From Malacoraja senta (taxonomy: Eukaryota): a stretch of 64,000 bases of DNA. Position numbers and translations under genes: made by a program. The DNA is taken from NCBI GenBank assembly GCA_038087875.1, contig CM075988.1, positions 5,332,001 to 5,396,000 on the forward strand, read 5' to 3'. Under the pieces are notes generated by a model. The model had not been told where the DNA came from. It saw nothing but the letters and a program-made list of their open reading frames with translations, and searched no databases. Positions 62,101 through 64,000 of the stretch are shown here, piece after piece. Within the stretch, counting starts at the first letter, position 1, and each line of letters opens with the position of its first letter.

Positions 62101-63834
62101 GTTAGAGGTCCAAATAAAGGAGATAAGAATGAGTGTGGATAAAGAGGAAGAAGACCTCAAGGCATGGATGGACCTCCAATTTACAACGGGGTCAAGGAAA
62201 CCAAGGTCCTGGTGACCCTGAAGGTAGAGGACAGGGACACTGGCAGGGGAATCAGGGAGACCAAGGGGAAGAGACAGACCAACAGTCTAACCCACTTCAG
62301 TGGCTCTGACCTGCTAGTGAGTAACCATACAATCTGGTAAAATTAAATGGCGTCCTCTGGCCTAGGAAAATACTGTAACATCACCCCTTCCTAACCGGGA
62401 AAGATACATCGAGTCTGACTCTCAGAGAATTCTCACTGAAGGAGGGAGAATGGAAAGAATGACATAGTAGCTAGGTGGGAAAGATACCAACTGAAGAATG
62501 AAAGAGGCACTAGGGAGAGAAAAAATTAAACTTATTGCACAGGAGGAATGGGGGTGGGGAAAAGAAGATATTGCACCAATGTATTGCTGAGTTTTGTGCC
62601 TGCATGACAGTGGGTCAGCAAGAGACTGTCTGGGGAGCAAGGTAAAAAGGACACACAGACCTCTAAGAATAGGAGGAAAACAACGGAAGGTAATGTAGCT
62701 CCCCAGAGAAAGGGTGACTAGCCGGGAAGAATTAACACTGTCCTGCCCCTTTAAGACACTTGGGGCCAGTAATCACCACTCCCTCGTAACAGACACCATT
62801 ATTAGTACGGAGAAAGAAAGGACCTACCCTAGTGCCTAACTTCAGATCACCTGGCTACTGGAAGGATGAAAGGAAGGATAAAAGGAAGAAGAATGAAGGA
62901 CATTTCAAACATCTTTGAAGGAATAACATCAATGCCTTGTAATGACTTTTGGGACAGACCTCACTCTGAAGATTGTTTTCGAATAAAACATTTCTCTGTG
63001 GTTTGGGGCAGAACACCTGAATTGCATCCAAATTATGGGGTTTAGAAGCAAATTTATAAATTTTGGATTCCATCTCGAAATTGGGTGGTGATGAATTGGA
63101 GAGATTTTAAAAATTTTAGATTGGAATAGACTCGTGGAATCTGACTAAGGACTAATTGGATTTTGAAGATTAACTGACATTGTTATTATCTCGTCCTCAC
63201 AAAGGCAGACGAAGATGGAAAAGATTGTTCAAAGGGCACCAAGAAGGATGGCACTTGGAACAATCTGGTAATATGGAATTACTTAGGGAATATGAGAGTT
63301 GAATTAAAATTGGGAGTGAAAATTGGAATAAAGTATGGCACGTTAAATGAAAACTGGAATTGGAATATGATTGGACATGGTCAAAAGAGGAACTGTGAGC
63401 AATAGGACTTCCCTTTAAGAGTCCGGATTAAGACATCATTCAGTGGCTGAGACCATAAGAGCGAGAACTCCTAGACAACGAGGCCAATAAAATAAAATAA
63501 AATAGAAGTCAACGGAACCAATAGAATATAAGCGAGATCTCCTAGACGGAGAACGAAGCCAACAGAAGTAAAGGTAACATAATAAGAGTTAATAGAATAA
63601 AGAACCAGCATAGTGAAGAATTAGCATAGTAATTAGTTATCATAGTGAAGAGTATATAAATAAGAGAAAATGGAGGACAGACTTGGTTAACTGCAGGGGG
63701 GAAACTTGGATTGTATTGGGAATAGCAGAGCCGATGTGTATTCGCCCGATGGATTTGAATTGTTTAACCCTTGATGGTAAAGAGGTTTATATTATCAAGG
63801 TGGAAATAAATTGTCCCTGGCTTTGGCATCCCTG

Positions 63835-63972
63835 GAACCTGCGGTGGGGATAGGTACAGTGTGTGATCTGTGATGCGCTTTTGGTAAAATAAAATGTAAT
63901 TGATTCAAGTGCTTGATTCAGTGTTTTTACTGAAGCTTGACTATGGGAAAGCTTAGAAACGAGCAATTATCA
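63835..63972 (+). repeat. Truncated 3' LTR (R/U5-like part only)
   Basis: Aligns to 58972-59110, AATAAA at 63888-63893, ends attatca. Confidence 0.8.
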
Positions 63973-64000
63973 TTCACACTGGTAAAGCCACAAGTATTGC

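Larger units (their letters stand above)
58337..63972 (+). mobile_element. Defective endogenous retrovirus / LTR element (class I-like)
   Basis: TG..CA ends, ttca at 58333-58336 and 63973-63976, tRNA-Pro PBS, duplicated LTR 3' segment; internal ORFs destroyed. Confidence 0.8.

Noticed and set aside
63680..63835. Possible env remnant before the 3' LTR piece
   Set aside because: Contains stops and no clear furin, ISD or TM motif; cannot be supported without a homology search

Overview
Repeat-saturated vertebrate DNA with no recognisable host-gene exon. The tRNA-derived HE1/V-SINE copies with CR1-type tails point to a cartilaginous fish, probably a skate or ray (inference). The only intact coding unit is a full-length I/Nimb-like non-LTR retrotransposon (21584-26728). 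It has a gag-like ORF1, an ORF2 with APE, RT, RNase H and zinc-finger domains, an (AAG)n tail and a perfect 12-bp target-site duplication (TSD). It sits inside the pol gene of a decayed DIRS tyrosine-recombinase retrotransposon (19244-29025) whose ITR/ICR termini are still readable. A deleted class I-like endogenous retrovirus with a tRNA-Pro primer-binding site occupies 58337-63972. The rest is fragments of CR1, L2, Rex1, Tx1 and Penelope-like elements (PLEs), SINEs, MITEs and microsatellites, plus a 200-N gap. Best leads: (i) two different Harbinger-type MITEs inserted at the same nucleotide of the HE1 SINE; (ii) about 20 minimal hammerhead-ribozyme-like motifs in PLE ends, including ~125-bp insertions that start at the ribozyme; (iii) a 139-bp hairpin/(AAG)n retroposon that may be mobilised by the I/Nimb LINE; (iv) a small element carrying telomere-like repeats. 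All calls were made by eye, with no database searches, and fragment boundaries are approximate unless a TSD is given.
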